The notes under the pieces: model-generated
The model's input: the letters and a program-made list of their open reading frames with translations, nothing else
Told to the model about the DNA's origin: nothing
The model's database searches: none
Shown: piece after piece, positions 62,468 to 64,000 of the stretch
Position numbering within the stretch: position 1 is the first letter of the stretch
How the letters are laid out: every line of letters starts with the position of its first letter
Position numbers and translations under genes: made by a program
Source: an uncultured Gemmatimonadaceae bacterium
Lineage (GTDB): Bacteria > Gemmatimonadota > Gemmatimonadetes > Gemmatimonadales > Gemmatimonadaceae
Direction of reading: 5' to 3'
Assembly (NCBI GenBank): GCA_963740355.1
Contig: CAVUDW010000003.1
Span: forward strand, 480,001-544,000
DNA length: 64,000 bases

Positions 62468-63889
62468 ATGACCCTGCACGCCTTCTTCACGGGGCGGCCC
62501 GCCGCGCGTCGCGCGCTCCCGCGCCATAGCGTCACTTACGGCGTCCTCGCGACGCTGCTCGTCACAGGCGTCGCCGCGCCGCAATCGCCACCGGCGCTGA
62601 CGCTCGACGCGGTGCTGTCGTCGGCCGCTCGGCAGCACCCCTTGCTCGATGTTGCGCTCGCGCAAGTCGCGGCCGCACGCGGAAGCCGCCGCACCGCCGG
62701 CACTCTGCCCAACCCGGTCCTCACGTACTGGACGGAGAGCGCGCCGTTCCCATTTCAGGCCGCGCGCCCTGAACTCGAACGCGAGACACAGGCGTACGCC
62801 ACGATGCCGCTCGAATTCCTGTACCAGCGCCGACCCGCCGTGCGAGGCGCGGATGCGCGGATCAACGCGGCCACCGCTGACCTCTCGCGTGCGCGGCAGA
62901 CGATTGCGCTCGACGCGGCGCGCGCGTTCTACCGTGTGGCCGCGGCGCAGGTGACGGTCGATGGCCTGCTCGACGTGCGCGCGCGCGTAACCGACCTGAT
63001 CGCCTACAACACCGCGCGCGTCCGCGAAGGCAAGACTGCCGAGGCGGATCTCATTCGCACACAGGTCGAGGAGGATCGTGTTGATGCGACGCTTGCACTC
63101 GCGGGGACGGAACTCACGACCGCGCGCGCCATGCTGATCCCGTTCCTCGGCGATCCGACCGCAGTCACCGACTCGGTGCGTGTGCGCATCGATGACGACT
63201 CAACGATGCGGGTCGGCACGATGCCATCGCCCGCGACGTCACTGGCATCCCTCATGGCCACGGCGCGGGCCGCGAGACCCGACATTCTCGCCGCACGGGA
63301 GCGCGTTGCAGCCGCCGACGCCGACGCGGCATATCAGCGTACGCTCTCGCTTCGCCAGGTGGGGGCGACCTTTGGCAGCAAGCGGACGGCCGGCATCACC
63401 TCGATGATTGCTGGATTCACGCTGCCGTTTCCCCTCCTCGACCGCAATCGCGGCGCCGTGGAGCAGGCCACGGCCATGCAGCGCGCCGCGACGGCGGAGC
63501 TGGCGTGGACGGAACGCCGCGCGGCATCTGACGTGCAGGCGGCGTACGCCACCGCGCAGGCGCTGTCCGCACAAGCGACGCGCCTGCGCGGTTCCATGCT
63601 CTCGCGCGCCGAAGAGTCGCAACGCATCGCTCTCGCGGCCTATCAGGAAGGAGCGATCAACCTCCTCCAGGTGCTCGACGCATCGCGAACGCTGGCCGAC
63701 GCGCAGCAAACATGGTACAGGCTGCTCTTCGCCGAGCGCGAGAGTCACCTCGCGTTGCGCGCAGCCATCGGCGATGCGACACTCGGCGCGCCGCCCGACG
63801 ATCCCGCTCGCTCGAAGCGCGCAGATCAATCCGGCGCGACACCAGCCACTGCGCCATCACACACCCGCCCCACCGGAGAACGCCCATGA
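62468..63889 (+). CDS. TolC-family (CzcC-like) outer membrane factor
   Basis: LPNP.L, PLLDRNRG, AYQEG...LL.VLDA.R. Confidence 0.88.
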   Translation: MTLHAFFTGRPAARRALPRHSVTYGVLATLLVTGVAAPQSPPALTLDAVLSSAARQHPLLDVALAQVAAARGSRRTAGTLPNPVLTYWTESAPFPFQAARPELERETQAYATMPLEFLYQRRPAVRGADARINAATADLSRARQTIALDAARAFYRVAAAQVTVDGLLDVRARVTDLIAYNTARVREGKTAEADLIRTQVEEDRVDATLALAGTELTTARAMLIPFLGDPTAVTDSVRVRIDDDSTMRVGTMPSPATSLASLMATARAARPDILAARERVAAADADAAYQRTLSLRQVGATFGSKRTAGITSMIAGFTLPFPLLDRNRGAVEQATAMQRAATAELAWTERRAASDVQAAYATAQALSAQATRLRGSMLSRAEESQRIALAAYQEGAINLLQVLDASRTLADAQQTWYRLLFAERESHLALRAAIGDATLGAPPDDPARSKRADQSGATPATAPSHTRPTGERP

Positions 63890-64000
63890 GGCGAAACGTG
63901 ACTTTCCGAGCGCCCGGCACTGCCGCGCATCACAAGCACCACCTCCTGTTCGCCGCCCTGATTACGGCATCGGGCATCGGATGCGCGAAGTCCGACGACG
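63886..64000 (+). CDS. Probable RND periplasmic adaptor lipoprotein, 3'-truncated by window
   Basis: ATGA overlap with the TolC gene; GGAG RBS; lipobox GIGC. Confidence 0.5.
   Translation, partial: MRRNVTFRAPGTAAHHKHHLLFAALITASGIGCAKSDD

Larger units (their letters stand above)
1870..64000. mobile_element. Mosaic genomic island / integrative element (defence + recombinase + metal-resistance cargo); boundaries uncertain
   Basis: Clustered defence genes, tyrosine recombinase/ParB/HTH, duplicated metal genes and many gene fragments; no att sites identified. Confidence 0.55.

Noticed and set aside
1..64000. tRNA, rRNA or IS transposase genes
   Set aside because: No cloverleaf, rRNA-like sequence or DDE transposase ORF recognised.

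Overview
High-GC Gram-negative bacterial DNA (TolC/RND and Tat/lipoprotein genes). After two housekeeping-like genes (1-1380), the rest looks like one large mosaic genomic island. (1) Defence cluster, about 2.1-15.2 kb: PD-(D/E)XK nuclease-like gene, SEFIR/TIR protein, DUF3800 protein, Gabija-like OLD nuclease + UvrD helicase pair, complete type I R-M (hsdMSR). (2) Mobility core, about 15.4-21.6 kb: array of six TACCGGTA-type palindromes, ParB-like DGQHR protein, a very large divergent tyrosine recombinase followed by a perfect 18-6-18 inverted repeat, small HTH protein. (3) Copper/heavy-metal cargo, about 21.6-64 kb: three copB-type ATPase copies in different states of damage, copZ, two DUF305, cusCBA, multicopper oxidase, copC/copD, MerR divergons, HupE/UreJ-DUF4198 genes and a second TolC/RND operon. 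This cargo is interrupted by a frameshifted glycoamylase/type II GAPDH/phosphoketolase block and a cryptic ECF-sigma/ClpX-HslU-like/degenerate-HD operon. Most notable signals: a Cys-free BlaI-type repressor plus a His/Cys-tailed M56 protease, with a six-copy operator (TTTAYG-N3-CRTAAA) at copper-gene promoters (candidate proteolytic copper-sensing regulon); RAPP/PPP-ending leader ORFs with hairpins before metal-efflux operons; and the unusual recombinase module. No tRNA, rRNA or CRISPR array was seen. All family calls come from motif recognition by eye, not database searches.
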